Shown: piece after piece, positions 1-9,814 of the stretch
How positions within the stretch are numbered: the first letter of the stretch is position 1
How the letters are laid out: each line of letters opens with the position of its first letter
Assembly: GCA_050014195.1 (NCBI GenBank)
Contig: JBEKDT010000004.1
Location: 166,473 to 230,472, forward strand
DNA from: Desulfomonilia bacterium
Lineage (GTDB): Bacteria; Desulfobacterota; Desulfomonilia; UBA1062
Direction of reading: 5' to 3'
DNA length: 64,000 bases
Made by a program: the position numbers and the translations under genes
The notes under the pieces: generated by a model
Told to the model about the DNA's origin: nothing
Seen by the model: only the letters and a program-made list of their open reading frames with translations
The model's database searches: none

Positions 1-247
1 TGAAATGCCTCGCACCTTCGGGGCTACCGCTCCCGATGGCAACCAGTGGTATTCCGGCCTCATCCAGTTTTTCCTTGATGCCCATGAGGGCAGCAGCCTG
101 CTGCCGTGCGAACATTCAGCCGAAATGGCGGAGAAAGGCAAGCACGATGCGCCTGCCCGCCCATAGTGACTCAAGCTTGACCTCATTTTGCTCAAGAGAC
201 AGTACAGTTACGCCATCAATACGGGGCTTCAGTTCATCATAGGTCAT
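1..247 (-). CDS. Peroxiredoxin-like (AhpC/TSA, PRXL2-type) protein, probable selenoprotein; runs off the window edge
   Basis: ATG at 247 after a GGAGG RBS; reads MTYDELKP...LAFLRHFG-TGA(116-118)-MFARQQAAALMGIKEKLDEAGIPLVAIGSGSPEGARHF, open to base 1. The TGA occupies the first Cys position of the family RHFGCxxC motif. Confidence 0.85.
89..105 (-). promoter_or_regulatory. Bacterial SECIS-like hairpin
   Basis: Minus strand GGCAGCA-GGC-TGCTGCC, a perfect 7-bp stem with a G-led loop, separated from the in-frame UGA by 10 nt. Confidence 0.7.
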
Positions 248-490
248 CGCTCCCTCCTGTGCATGCATGGTGTGGATCGGGGTTAATGCCAGCGGGGACA
301 ACAGGGCTTTCTCCGCCACGGACAGGACCGCACATCTTGTCTCCTTGTGCCATAAGGTTACCCGGCCGGCCTCCTCTCTCTCTACTGTATAAAGGGGGCA
401 TTTCGATTTTCAAGACTGAGCGGGGAATAACAAGCTCTCTCCCTTCGGTCAAGATGACAATGAAAGAGAAGATACGATGCGCTACCTTAT

Positions 491-533
491 CCCCCTCTAC
501 CTGTCCTTCTCCCGCAGGGGAGAAGGGACTTGG
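491..533. repeat. CCCCTC...GGGGAGA palindromic intergenic repeat, copy 1
   Basis: ccccctctacctgtccttctcccgcaggggagaagggacttgg, nearly identical to 55307-55350. Confidence 0.7.
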
Positions 534-639
534 TTGTGTCATTCCGTGGACATTCCCAGGGACAATATGCTGAATTGCAATGAAAAGGGCCTGAGACGAT
601 TTTCTTTTTGATCGTATCCGACCCCATGTATTCCCCTCC

Positions 640-2604
640 TCACACCTCGATGGCATCCCCTGCGATGAGCTCTTCAACGGTGATCGCCTCGGCCAGGATA
701 GTGCCGATGGTCTTTGAAAAGATTGCCGGGTCGTCCACTTTTGAGCCTTCGGCAATGAGCGCCAGGTCTAAGAGGAGACGGGCATAGTCCTTCAGGAGCG
801 GGTCCTTCCTGTTCTTCTCGAACATGAACTTGATGTTGGACACGGCCGGGTGGTCTATATTGAGCTCGAGGATCCTCTTGGCAGGCTCGGTCTTCTGCCC
901 CGTCGCCTTCATGATCTTCTCCAGATAGGGGCTCATGTCATAGGTCTCGCCGGACAGGCAGGCAAGCGAGTCCTTGAGGTGGGTGGAGGCCTTCACTTCC
1001 TTTACCCTGTCTTTCAGCTCTTCTTTCAGGAATCCGAAGAAGTCGCCAAACTCGTGCTTTTTCTTCTCATCCACCGTGCCGAGGCTGAGGTCGCCCTTTT
1101 CCGCGCTCACGAATTTCTTATTGTCAAATTCCCTCAAGACCTGCACGACAAACTCATCTATGGGGTCTGTCATGAGCACCACCTCAATCCCCTTTTCCTT
1201 GAGGCGCTCCAGATGGGGGCTGTTCAGCAGGGCGGCGGTATTCTCACCGGTGATGTAATAGATTGCATCCTGGTCCGGCTGCATGCGGGAAGTATAATCG
1301 GCCAGCGAGACATATTTTCCATCGGAGTTCGTGGTCTGATACCTCAGGAGCTTCGCAATCCTGTCCCGGTTGTCGTGGTCGGTGGGAATGCCGATCTTCA
1401 TGACGGGTCCGAACTCGGCATAGAATTGGTCATACTTTTCCTTGTCCATGCCCTCGAGGAGGTCGAAGATCCGCTTGATGAGGTTCTTGCGGATGTTGAC
1501 TACCAAGCTGTCCCGCTGGAGGATCTCGCGGCTGATATTGAGGTTCAGGTCAGGGGCATCGACCACGCCCTGAATGAAGCTGAAGTATTCGGGCATGAGT
1601 TCCTTGCAGTCATCCATGATGAACACGCGCTTGCAGTAGAGGTGTATCCCGTGCCTGCGCTCGCGCATGGTAAAGTCGAGCGGCAGCTTGGAGGGGACGT
1701 ACAGCAGGGCATTATATTCAGTCGTGCCTTCGAATTTGATGTGGATGTGCTCCAAGGGCGGGTTCCAGTCATGGCTGATGTGCTTGTAGAACTCGGTGTA
1801 CTCCTCATCGGTGACCTCGACCTTGCTCCTGGCCCAGATGGCCTTCATGGAGTTGAGCGTCTCTTCACGCTTCACCTTCCTGGTCGTCTCGCCGATGGTG
1901 TTCCCGCTGCTATCCTTTAAGAGCTCGGCATCAGGGATCGGCTCGTCGCGCTCCACATCCATAACAATAGGGTAGTTCACAAAGTCGGAATGGCGCTTCA
2001 CCACGCCTCTGATGGTCCATTCGTCGGTATAGTCGGGTTCGTCTTCGAGGCGTTCTTTGAGCTTGAGGGTGACCGACGTGCCCCTACCCTTCTTGGTCGT
2101 CTCTTCGATGGTGTAGGATCCGTCCCCCGTGGATTCCCACTTCGTCGCGCTCGAAGCGCCTGCCGCCTTCGTGATGAGGGTGACGTTCTCCGCCACGATG
2201 AACGAGCTGTAGAACCCCACGCCGAACTGGCCGATGAGCTCGGGCGCGATGCTCTGGCTCTTCTTCATGGTATCGATGGCATCGAGAAAGGCCTTGGTGC
2301 CGCTCTGGGCAATGGTCCCGATGTTTTCCACCACCTCGTCAAAGGTCATGCCGATCCCATTGTCCTCGATAGTGATGGTCCCGGCCTTGCGGTCGGGGAT
2401 AATCCTGATCTTGAATTCGGTGTCTTTCCCTAAGATGTCGGGTTCGGTCTGCGACTTGAACCTAATCTTGTCGATAGCGTCCGAGGCGTTCGAGATGAGC
2501 TCGCGCAAAAAGATCTCGGGATGCGAGTACAGCGAGTTGATGATCAGCTTCAGAACCTTGACGACCTCTGCCTTGAACTGATGTGTCTCTTTCTTATGCT
2601 CCAT
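640..2604 (-). CDS. htpG: Hsp90 chaperone HtpG
   Basis: [35 protein letters not shown] and LNISREILQ motifs; 654 aa. Confidence 0.98.
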   Translation of the reverse strand: MEHKKETHQFKAEVVKVLKLIINSLYSHPEIFLRELISNASDAIDKIRFKSQTEPDILGKDTEFKIRIIPDRKAGTITIEDNGIGMTFDEVVENIGTIAQSGTKAFLDAIDTMKKSQSIAPELIGQFGVGFYSSFIVAENVTLITKAAGASSATKWESTGDGSYTIEETTKKGRGTSVTLKLKERLEDEPDYTDEWTIRGVVKRHSDFVNYPIVMDVERDEPIPDAELLKDSSGNTIGETTRKVKREETLNSMKAIWARSKVEVTDEEYTEFYKHISHDWNPPLEHIHIKFEGTTEYNALLYVPSKLPLDFTMRERRHGIHLYCKRVFIMDDCKELMPEYFSFIQGVVDAPDLNLNISREILQRDSLVVNIRKNLIKRIFDLLEGMDKEKYDQFYAEFGPVMKIGIPTDHDNRDRIAKLLRYQTTNSDGKYVSLADYTSRMQPDQDAIYYITGENTAALLNSPHLERLKEKGIEVVLMTDPIDEFVVQVLREFDNKKFVSAEKGDLSLGTVDEKKKHEFGDFFGFLKEELKDRVKEVKASTHLKDSLACLSGETYDMSPYLEKIMKATGQKTEPAKRILELNIDHPAVSNIKFMFEKNRKDPLLKDYARLLLDLALIAEGSKVDDPAIFSKTIGTILAEAITVEELIAGDAIEV

Positions 2605-2840
2605 GGCACCTCTCCGTTTGTTCCAGTATATGAATTATGTCGGATATCATTGGATTACATAGGTATTCATCGCCCAAAAATCAAGGCATAACTATAAACG
2701 GTTCGTGCCGGATTCAAATATGAAGGTGATCGTCTCCGGTTAACATTCCTTGATGGTTCTTGGCAGGGATGATAAGGATGAACATGTTAGGGTTTTTCCG
2801 GATGAAACCCTGTGGTGTGTTCATAATGGAGGGGAAGGCC

Positions 2841-4256
2841 ATGCAAGATGATCTTCGTGAGCTGTTTTTTCCCGGGTCAATAGCGCTTGTCGGCATCCCG
2901 AGAGGGCTCAAGAGCGGCAAGGTGTTTCTGCTGGGGCTCCTCGATCAGGGTTTTGCCGGGCCGATATATCTCATTCACCCTACAGCCGCCGATATCGATG
3001 GCTATAAGGCATACCCAAGCCTGCTCAATGTGCCGGGTCCTGTGGACATGGCTATTGTAATGTCTCCGAAAGAGACGATCTTAGCGGTGCTGGCCGAATG
3101 TTCCCAAAAGAAGGTGAAGGCGGTGATTCTCTACACGTCGGGCTTTTCCGAGCTGGACAGTGAGAGGGGGCGGTCCGATGAAGCACGCATGAAAAACCTC
3201 GCTCGCGATGGGGGCTTTCGCATCCTGGGGCCCAACTGCATGGGTATATATTCCCCGGGCTCGCACCTTGCTCCCTTTCCGGGGATGCCCAAGACCATGG
3301 GAGACCTCGGGTTTCTCAGCCAGAGCGGGTCGCTGGTGAATTTCTTTGTGAATCTGTGCTCCGGGAAAGGCATGTTTTTCAGCCATGTGGTCAGTTATGG
3401 CAACAGTGCGGATGTGGGCCTCTCAGACCTCATCGAGTGGATGGCCAGGGATGATCATACCCGCCTCATCTGCTCCTATTGCGAAGGGATGCAGGACCCG
3501 CGGCGGCTCATTGCCGTACTGAAGGAAGCCACATCAAGAAAGCCTTTGATCATGTGGAAGGTGGGCCTTACCGAGGCAGGCTCCCGGGCAGCGGCATCGC
3601 ACACCGGTTCGCTGACAGGCCGGAAAGATCTGTGGACGAGCATGTTCCGGCAGTTTCACATCCTTGATGTGTATGACATCGAAGAGATGCTCGATCTGGT
3701 CATGGCCTTTTACCACCTGAGGCCGCGAGTTAAAGGAAGGGTGGTCATCGTGTCCGGACCCGGCGGTCCTGCGGTGTCTGCAGCAGATGCCGCTGAAAGG
3801 AACGGGCTTACTATGGCCTCACTTGGGGAAGATGCTGTCCGCAAACTCAAGTCCATGCTCCCGCCCACCGGGACATCCCCGGCCAACCCTATCGATGTGG
3901 GGCTGAGTGCATCATTCGACCTCAGGCTCTACCAGGAGGCCCTCGACATCATCCTGGACGACCCGGGTGTTGATGCAATAGTGATGCTCGGTGGCGGCGC
4001 CTCAACCGAGATGAGCGCTGAATATATTCAGGGACTCATCGCATCAAAGGAGCGCTCTGACAAGCATGTGTTGGCCATCGCCTACCCCGGTTTCGTCCAG
4101 ATCGATCAGGAAGATCTGCTCAAGCCTTTGCACGAGCACGGCATCCCGGTGTACCCGACCCCGGAGCGTGCACTGAAGGCATACGCCAGGATGATCGACT
4201 ATTATCAGTACCAGGCCGGAAGCGAAAAAGAGACAAATTTATTTTTAAAGAGGTAA
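2841..4256 (+). CDS. NDP-forming acyl-CoA synthetase alpha-type (CoA-binding) protein
   Basis: GFSE, RILGPNCMG, SQSG, SYGN and the phospho-His motif AAASHTGSL; no ATP-grasp domain; RBS GGAGG before ATG 2841. Confidence 0.88.
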   Translation: MQDDLRELFFPGSIALVGIPRGLKSGKVFLLGLLDQGFAGPIYLIHPTAADIDGYKAYPSLLNVPGPVDMAIVMSPKETILAVLAECSQKKVKAVILYTSGFSELDSERGRSDEARMKNLARDGGFRILGPNCMGIYSPGSHLAPFPGMPKTMGDLGFLSQSGSLVNFFVNLCSGKGMFFSHVVSYGNSADVGLSDLIEWMARDDHTRLICSYCEGMQDPRRLIAVLKEATSRKPLIMWKVGLTEAGSRAAASHTGSLTGRKDLWTSMFRQFHILDVYDIEEMLDLVMAFYHLRPRVKGRVVIVSGPGGPAVSAADAAERNGLTMASLGEDAVRKLKSMLPPTGTSPANPIDVGLSASFDLRLYQEALDIILDDPGVDAIVMLGGGASTEMSAEYIQGLIASKERSDKHVLAIAYPGFVQIDQEDLLKPLHEHGIPVYPTPERALKAYARMIDYYQYQAGSEKETNLFLKR

Positions 4257-4427
4257 GTGCAAGACTAAAAAACTATAAGCCTGGTAACTACTTACGCGGG
4301 TATACACTCCAGCAGAAATGACACCCTGTTGCTTTTTACGACTATCGCATTAATAATATAGAATCCCAAAAAAATAATCTCAAAAAGCTGCTCCTGAGAC
4401 CAAGAACCAAACCGAGGAGGACAAAAG

Positions 4428-4943
4428 ATGAAAATACTTTGCCTATTCCTTACTTTGGCAGTACTCATGATGGCCCAGACCCAGATCGCTTATTCCGGAT
4501 CTTCTATGAAGGCATCCAGCACTGCAGAACTGATCATACACCTGCAGCCGCACCTTGACCCTGAAATAGCCGCCATCCATGCAAAGTACATTGATAAATA
4601 TGCAAGCAAATGGAATGTGGACCGGCTGAAGGTGATCAGCATAGCCCACCAGGAATCGCAGTTCAGGGCCGATGCACAGAGTTCCGTTGGCTGTATCGGC
4701 GCAATGCAGGTGAATCCGAAGACTCACCAGGACAAGCTGAAGAGGAGGGGGATCACCTGGCATGACCTGTATTTCTTAAGGAACAACTATGATATCGGCT
4801 CGGAGATATTGCATGACTGCCTGAAGTCGTCACGAAACTTTGATGAGGCCCTGAACAAGTACAGCGGGGGGAGCAAAAAATACACGAGTGAGGTAAAAAA
4901 GATCTACGGAATGCTCTATCGATGGAGGTTCATGACAAGCTGA
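4428..4943 (+). CDS. Exported lytic transglycosylase (SLT domain), paralog 1
   Basis: Signal-peptide-like N-terminus; IAHQESQF (catalytic Glu), GCIGAMQV and ALNKYSGG motifs. Confidence 0.88.
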   Translation: MKILCLFLTLAVLMMAQTQIAYSGSSMKASSTAELIIHLQPHLDPEIAAIHAKYIDKYASKWNVDRLKVISIAHQESQFRADAQSSVGCIGAMQVNPKTHQDKLKRRGITWHDLYFLRNNYDIGSEILHDCLKSSRNFDEALNKYSGGSKKYTSEVKKIYGMLYRWRFMTS

Positions 4944-4973
4944 TTTTCCGCGGATAAACAGATGGAAACAGAT

Positions 4974-5012
4974 GGGGTCAGGGTCGATTTATGAAAAATC
5001 GTCTCTGACCCT
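4974..5012. repeat. GGGTCAG...CTGACCC inverted repeat between convergent genes
   Basis: ggggtcagggtcgattt...aaatcgtctctgaccc, flanked by tandem aaacagatgg x2 and aaatttag x2. Confidence 0.55.
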
Positions 5013-5047
5013 AAAATTTAGAAATTTAGGGTGTTTTCCCGCTACGG

Positions 5048-5791
5048 TTATCTGAGAACGGGCCTGATGTCGTGGATGTCAAGGCTCACCAGGGTCGGCC
5101 AGGGAAGAGGCCTGCTGCCGATGAGGAGCGGATATACCCGCCTTTTGACCGGCGCCTTGATACCGCCGAAGTCCTTGTAGTCGTCGCATAGGTGCGCTGC
5201 ATGCGCCCAGGGGCCGACGACCCGGGCGGTATAATCCAGCCGCCTCAGATACCGGTGTTCATCGAAATAAAAGATCTGGGTCTGGCTATGGGTGGGGATG
5301 TCTCGCGGAAACTTCACCTTCAGGCGCGACCACGATGCATGTGCAACTCTGAAGGGTTCAAGCATTTCGAACTCAAAGCCTTTGTGCAGAAAGAGAAACG
5401 GTGCGGTCAGGTAGTTCCACGTGGCATAGCCGCCGAAATAGATGAAATCAAGGTCATCCCATGCAAACTGGCGGCTTATCTTGGTGAATGCAGCCCTGGG
5501 ATTATTCCTCGTTGCAACGAGATTTCCTTGGGGGTCTCTGATGTTCACCTCCTCATTCCCTATGAGTTCGCTGGTGAACCCCTCGCGGGGAAAATCGAAG
5601 AAGATGAACCTGGGCTCATGGGCAAAGGCCCGCATGCGCACGCGGTGAAGAGCCGGCCTTCGCTTTGCCTTGAACAGGAAGCCTGATACAGTGATCACGG
5701 CATCGAGCGCATCGAGGCTGTTCCACAAGGCCTCGCCGCCATGCACATCTATCACTTCCCGAATCAACCGTTCAGGGTCATAGTTATTCAT
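5048..5791 (-). CDS. Hypothetical protein
   Basis: 247-aa ORF with AAAGGA RBS and natural composition (HGG..W, YFGGYATWNYL, RRLDY); no function recognised. Confidence 0.75.
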   Translation of the reverse strand: MNNYDPERLIREVIDVHGGEALWNSLDALDAVITVSGFLFKAKRRPALHRVRMRAFAHEPRFIFFDFPREGFTSELIGNEEVNIRDPQGNLVATRNNPRAAFTKISRQFAWDDLDFIYFGGYATWNYLTAPFLFLHKGFEFEMLEPFRVAHASWSRLKVKFPRDIPTHSQTQIFYFDEHRYLRRLDYTARVVGPWAHAAHLCDDYKDFGGIKAPVKRRVYPLLIGSRPLPWPTLVSLDIHDIRPVLR

Positions 5792-5935
5792 GGCTATTAT
5801 CCTTTCTCTCCATGTAGTAAGGCCACAGAGTCCGGAATCAATACCTGGGGTACTCCTGGGGCACCTTGTTTGATTCAGGATTCGAAGTTTTCGCGGGGAA
5901 TGAGGTTAATCTGTAGATTTTGAAACACTCCACCT

Positions 5936-6030
5936 CCCCCTCATCGCAGTCCTTCTCACGCAAGGGGAGAAGGGACCCGTTTTTGTCATTTCGAACTTCA
6001 GTGAGAAATCTTGGTTTTAAGATCTCTCAC
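5936..6030. repeat. Composite palindromic repeats (CCCCTC-type plus TGTCATTTCGAAC-type)
   Basis: ccccctcatcgcagtccttctcacgcaaggggagaaggga followed by tgtcatttcgaacttcagtgagaaatct...agatctctcac. Confidence 0.6.
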
Positions 6031-6038
6031 CACTGCAT

Positions 6039-7583
6039 CTAGTGGATCGGCAGGGTGGAGACCCCTTCTTTCGGCCGTTTCAGGAAAAAGACGAACGGCA
6101 ATGCGCAGATCACAAAGATTGCAGAGACAAAAAACGTATCCACGAAAGAAGCCAGGGCCGCCTCTCTCACGAGCTGCTGGTAAACAACACCGTGAACGGT
6201 AAGGTCGGATGCAGCACCGGTCTTTACCTGTATAAGCGGCATGATTTTCTGCACTGCCAATCGAAAGCGGGGATCAAAGGGATTGAGGACCTCGGAAAGG
6301 CGGGACTGGTGGAACTGGGTCCGTCTGGAAAAGAGCGTTATCATGAGTGCAGCCCCGGAACTGAGCGAGATGTTTCTCATCAGGGCGAATACGCTGGTGG
6401 CATTCCCTATGTCCTCATTTTCAATAGATGCAAAGGACAGGCTTAAGAGCGGAACCACAAGCATGCCCATGCCTAAGCCCATGACGACCCTCGTCCACGC
6501 GACGGTTTCATAATCAATGTAGAGGTTGATGCTGAGCAGCATATACATGGAGTAGGCCGCGACACAGATGCCGGCAAAGAGAATCAGCTTGGGATTGACC
6601 TTTTCGACCAGCTTCCCCACCACGGCCATTGCCACGAGCATGCCGATCCCGCCAGGCATCAGGGCTAACCCGGCGTGCAGTGCATTATAGCCCATGAGCT
6701 GCTGTAGGAACAGCGGCAGCATGATGAGGCTTCCCATGAACATGCTGAATGCACATGCCTGGATAATGATCCCTGCAGTGAACGAACGATCCCTGAATAC
6801 CCTTAAGTTCACTATGGGGTCACGTGCCTTGAACTCGACTATGACAAAGAGAACCAGGGAGACGACGGTTAGTATCGTAAGCGTTGTGATAAGGTACGAT
6901 GAGAACCAGTCCTCGCGCTGGCCGTGGTCGAGGACGACCTGCAGGCAGCCTATCCCGACAACGATAAGGGCAATGCCCCAGTAATCGATCTTTTCTTTTA
7001 TGCTAGTGAGTTTTTTCAGATAGGGCGGGTCCTGTATGAACAGGTTCATCAAGAAGATGGAGAGGACACCGATGGGGATGTTTATATAGAATATCCACGG
7101 CCACGACCAGTTGTCGGTGATCCAGCCGCCCAGGACCGGTCCTGCGATGGGGCCGACCATCACACCGATGCCGAATACCGCCATGGCTATCCCGTATTCG
7201 GCAGGGGGAAATGCCTCGAGCAGTATCGCCTGTGAAAGGGGCTGCAGACCGCCGCCCGCTATTCCCTGAAGAACCCTGAAAAACACCAGGGCCTCGATAC
7301 TCTTTGAACTCCCGCACAGAAAGGAGCTGATCGTAAAGAGGATGACCGATGCCGTCAGATAGCGTTTCCTGCCGATAAGCCGGCTCAGCCAGCCGGTCAA
7401 AGGGATGATGACGGCGTTGGCCACGAGATACGCGGTGATGGACCAGGTGGCCTCATCCACCCCTGCGGACAGGCTGCCGCGGATATGGTCAAGGGCAACG
7501 TTTACGACGGAGATGTCCAGAACTTCCAGAAGGGTTGGAAGTATGACCGTCAGTGCGACAATCCACTTATTTACCGGATTCAT
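6039..7583 (-). CDS. emrB: DHA2-family MFS multidrug efflux permease (EmrB-like)
   Basis: LEVLDISVVNVAL, WSITAYL, RVLQG, GPVLGGWITDNWSWPWIFYINIP motifs; highly hydrophobic. Confidence 0.93.
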   Translation of the reverse strand: MNPVNKWIVALTVILPTLLEVLDISVVNVALDHIRGSLSAGVDEATWSITAYLVANAVIIPLTGWLSRLIGRKRYLTASVILFTISSFLCGSSKSIEALVFFRVLQGIAGGGLQPLSQAILLEAFPPAEYGIAMAVFGIGVMVGPIAGPVLGGWITDNWSWPWIFYINIPIGVLSIFLMNLFIQDPPYLKKLTSIKEKIDYWGIALIVVGIGCLQVVLDHGQREDWFSSYLITTLTILTVVSLVLFVIVEFKARDPIVNLRVFRDRSFTAGIIIQACAFSMFMGSLIMLPLFLQQLMGYNALHAGLALMPGGIGMLVAMAVVGKLVEKVNPKLILFAGICVAAYSMYMLLSINLYIDYETVAWTRVVMGLGMGMLVVPLLSLSFASIENEDIGNATSVFALMRNISLSSGAALMITLFSRRTQFHQSRLSEVLNPFDPRFRLAVQKIMPLIQVKTGAASDLTVHGVVYQQLVREAALASFVDTFFVSAIFVICALPFVFFLKRPKEGVSTLPIH

Positions 7584-8448
7584 TTTGAGTGAAGATGGTG
7601 GGGATGCACGACATGCCTATATGCATTTTGTGTTTGTCACACGTCCCGTTGTCGAAAACGATCTTGACCGGAATCCGCTGGACGACCTTCACATAATTGC
7701 CGAGGGCGTTCTCGGGGGGAAAGAGAGAAAACGCCGAGCCGGTCCCTGCCATGATGCTTTCCACCTTCCCGGTGAAAATACTACCCGGATAGGTATCCAC
7801 CTTAATCTCTGCACGCTGGCCCACTTTTACATTCTTTAACTGTGTCTCCTTATAATTCGCGGTCACCCACACATCACCCATGTCTACCACTGCCATGAGC
7901 GGCTGGCCCGCTTGTATCTGATTGCCTGATTCAACCGATTTCTTCGTTACATAGCCGTCGGAGGGGGCATATACTTTTGTATATTCCAGGTTGTGCCTGG
8001 CGATCTTCAGCTGTGCCTCGGCCGCATTCACTTGGGCTTTTGCCAGATTATAGGCAGTGCAGGCATTTTCATAGCGCTCTTTGGGTAGAATCTCCTTCAG
8101 GTATAAGGCCTCTGCCCGCACCCTGTCGCGTGAAGCCTGCTCCAGAAGGGCCTTCTTCACATCAAGGCCTGCCTGGGCATCGTTTACCTTCAGCTCATAA
8201 TCCACAGGGTCGATCTCGAAGAGAAGCTCTCCCTTTTTCACACCCTGGTTATCATCGACATGCACCTCTTTGACCGTGCCGCCGACCTTGGCGGCAATGG
8301 TGTAGAACCTGCCATCCACATACGCATCGTCCGTGGTGACCCGGCTGAGACCCTTGATTACGTACAGGGCGAGAAATATGACGGCCGTTATTGCAACGAC
8401 ACCGGCCAGACACATGAATACCTTCTTTTTATTGTTCTTAAGGTTCAT
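7567..8448 (-). CDS. emrA: HlyD-family membrane fusion protein (EmrA-like)
   Basis: N-terminal TM, TDDAYV, ANYKETQL, FSLFPPENALGNYVKVVQRIPVKI. Confidence 0.93.
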   Translation of the reverse strand: MNLKNNKKKVFMCLAGVVAITAVIFLALYVIKGLSRVTTDDAYVDGRFYTIAAKVGGTVKEVHVDDNQGVKKGELLFEIDPVDYELKVNDAQAGLDVKKALLEQASRDRVRAEALYLKEILPKERYENACTAYNLAKAQVNAAEAQLKIARHNLEYTKVYAPSDGYVTKKSVESGNQIQAGQPLMAVVDMGDVWVTANYKETQLKNVKVGQRAEIKVDTYPGSIFTGKVESIMAGTGSAFSLFPPENALGNYVKVVQRIPVKIVFDNGTCDKHKMHIGMSCIPTIFTQNESGK

Positions 8449-9112
8449 TTTTTACCACCGTTCTCTTTTTCAGTTTTTTCTTTTCATCCGGATATATGAT
8501 GATGTTTTCGAAGGTAATCTGCATGATCGTCTCGACGTTCTTTGCATACGGATGCCTCACCGGGTCTTCGAGCCAGAGGAAGAGGAACGCGTTTGTCAGG
8601 CTGTCAACGGCGACGGCAAGATAGTACGGCTCCATCAGTTGTCTGAACAGCCCTCTTTTAATCCCGCTCTCAAACACGTCGGCGAGCTTTTGAAGGAAAT
8701 CTTCATAGATGGCGCGGAGCTCAACATCGAGGCCGGACTTGATGTCGAAGCTGGATTTGCGCGTCTCTGCGAAATAGAGCCTCAGCAAGGACCTGTTGTT
8801 CTCAAAAATCCTTCCCTTGGCCGATACATAGGCGCGGATCCGCTCCACCTCGTCTCCCGGGCTGTCAAGAGCCTTTATCAGCTCACGGTGAAACTCATGG
8901 ACGTAATCGCTGACCAGCGCGCTGTACAGGTCTTCCTTGTCCTTAAAGAAATTATAGAGTGAACCGATGGAGAACCCCGATTCCTCGGCTATCGTGTGCA
9001 TGGAGACATTGTGGTATCCGTAGGCTGAAAAAAGCTCCAGGGCTGTCTTAAGAATCAGAGTGCGATTATACGATCTCAGGTGTGCACGCCTGGATACTGC
9101 CTTGAGATGCAT
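8438..9112 (-). CDS. TetR/AcrR-family regulator
   Basis: ALELFSAYGYHNVSMHTIAEESGFSIGSLYNFFKDKEDL HTH; heads the efflux operon; start chosen from GAAGGGG RBS. Confidence 0.92.
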   Translation of the reverse strand: MHLKAVSRRAHLRSYNRTLILKTALELFSAYGYHNVSMHTIAEESGFSIGSLYNFFKDKEDLYSALVSDYVHEFHRELIKALDSPGDEVERIRAYVSAKGRIFENNRSLLRLYFAETRKSSFDIKSGLDVELRAIYEDFLQKLADVFESGIKRGLFRQLMEPYYLAVAVDSLTNAFLFLWLEDPVRHPYAKNVETIMQITFENIIIYPDEKKKLKKRTVVKNEP

Positions 9113-9159
9113 AGAAACCCCTTCTTCAAATACAAGCAAAAATAAAATCCATTAATTGA

Positions 9160-9193
9160 TGAACATCATGTCATTGTATGAACATAGTGTCAA
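9160..9193. promoter_or_regulatory. Probable TetR operator pair over the tetR promoter
   Basis: Two copies of TGAACATnnTGTCA; the second overlaps a minus-strand TTGACA. Confidence 0.55.
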
Positions 9194-9468
9194 TATTTAT
9201 AATTATATTCTATTGTATCTCGAGATGACATCATTGACAATTGAATTCCAAATAAATTTGGAGAGATTATCAATCTTTAAGGTTCCTGACAAACCCCGGA
9301 CCCACAACTGTTGTTTATTTTCCTGTGAACTTACCTTTTTGTGGCATTTTTATGGAACGTTATATCCCTTAACAAGGTTTCATGAGATAAATTGAAATAC
9401 ATCTATCTATATATTTTAACAGGCGTTTCAGGTGATATGTCTGTTGTTGATGAGGCATATTCCCACCC

Positions 9469-9484
9469 TGGCACGTTTATTGAA
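9469..9484 (+). promoter_or_regulatory. Sigma54-type promoter candidate
   Basis: TGGCACGTTTATTGAA: perfect -24 box, variant -12 box, upstream of ATG 9528. Confidence 0.5.
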
Positions 9485-9527
9485 TAATAATCAAATGTTG
9501 CGGATGAAGTCGAATGGGAGATACGAC

Positions 9528-9761
9528 ATGAAAGAAGCTCATAGAGTGGCTCTTTACGGACATGGCCTCTGCAGGTCAAAATTTTTCACAGAGATCGATG
9601 ATACGATTGCCCATCAGTACAAGGGGAAGTGCCCGAATCCCAGTTGTAATCGCCGGGTGGCACTCTTCCCTGAAAAACTCTTCACATCGACCGACAAGGC
9701 AAGGAGGGAATACATCAAAAAGGCTAGGGATGAACGCAGCTCCATCTATTGGCAGAAGTGA
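9528..9761 (+). CDS. Small hypothetical protein with possible metal-binding motif
   Basis: GGGAG RBS; 77 aa with HGLC and CPNPSC. Confidence 0.65.
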   Translation: MKEAHRVALYGHGLCRSKFFTEIDDTIAHQYKGKCPNPSCNRRVALFPEKLFTSTDKARREYIKKARDERSSIYWQK

Positions 9762-9814
9762 GTCATTGAATCATATCGCTCTTCCTGGGCTCTGCCAGTA
9801 AGTATTTTTTATTG

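Noticed and set aside
237-755. ORFs of 172 and 104 aa between the selenoprotein and htpG
   Set aside because: Translations run through palindromic repeats (PSPAGEG peptides); not credible genes.
850-2433. Long plus-strand ORFs opposite htpG; similar shadows opposite groEL and icmF
   Set aside because: Codon-bias antisense ORFs fully overlapping well-supported genes.
2605-2700. CIRCE upstream of htpG
   Set aside because: No TTAGCACTC-N9-GAGTGCTAA match; the only CIRCE seen precedes groES.
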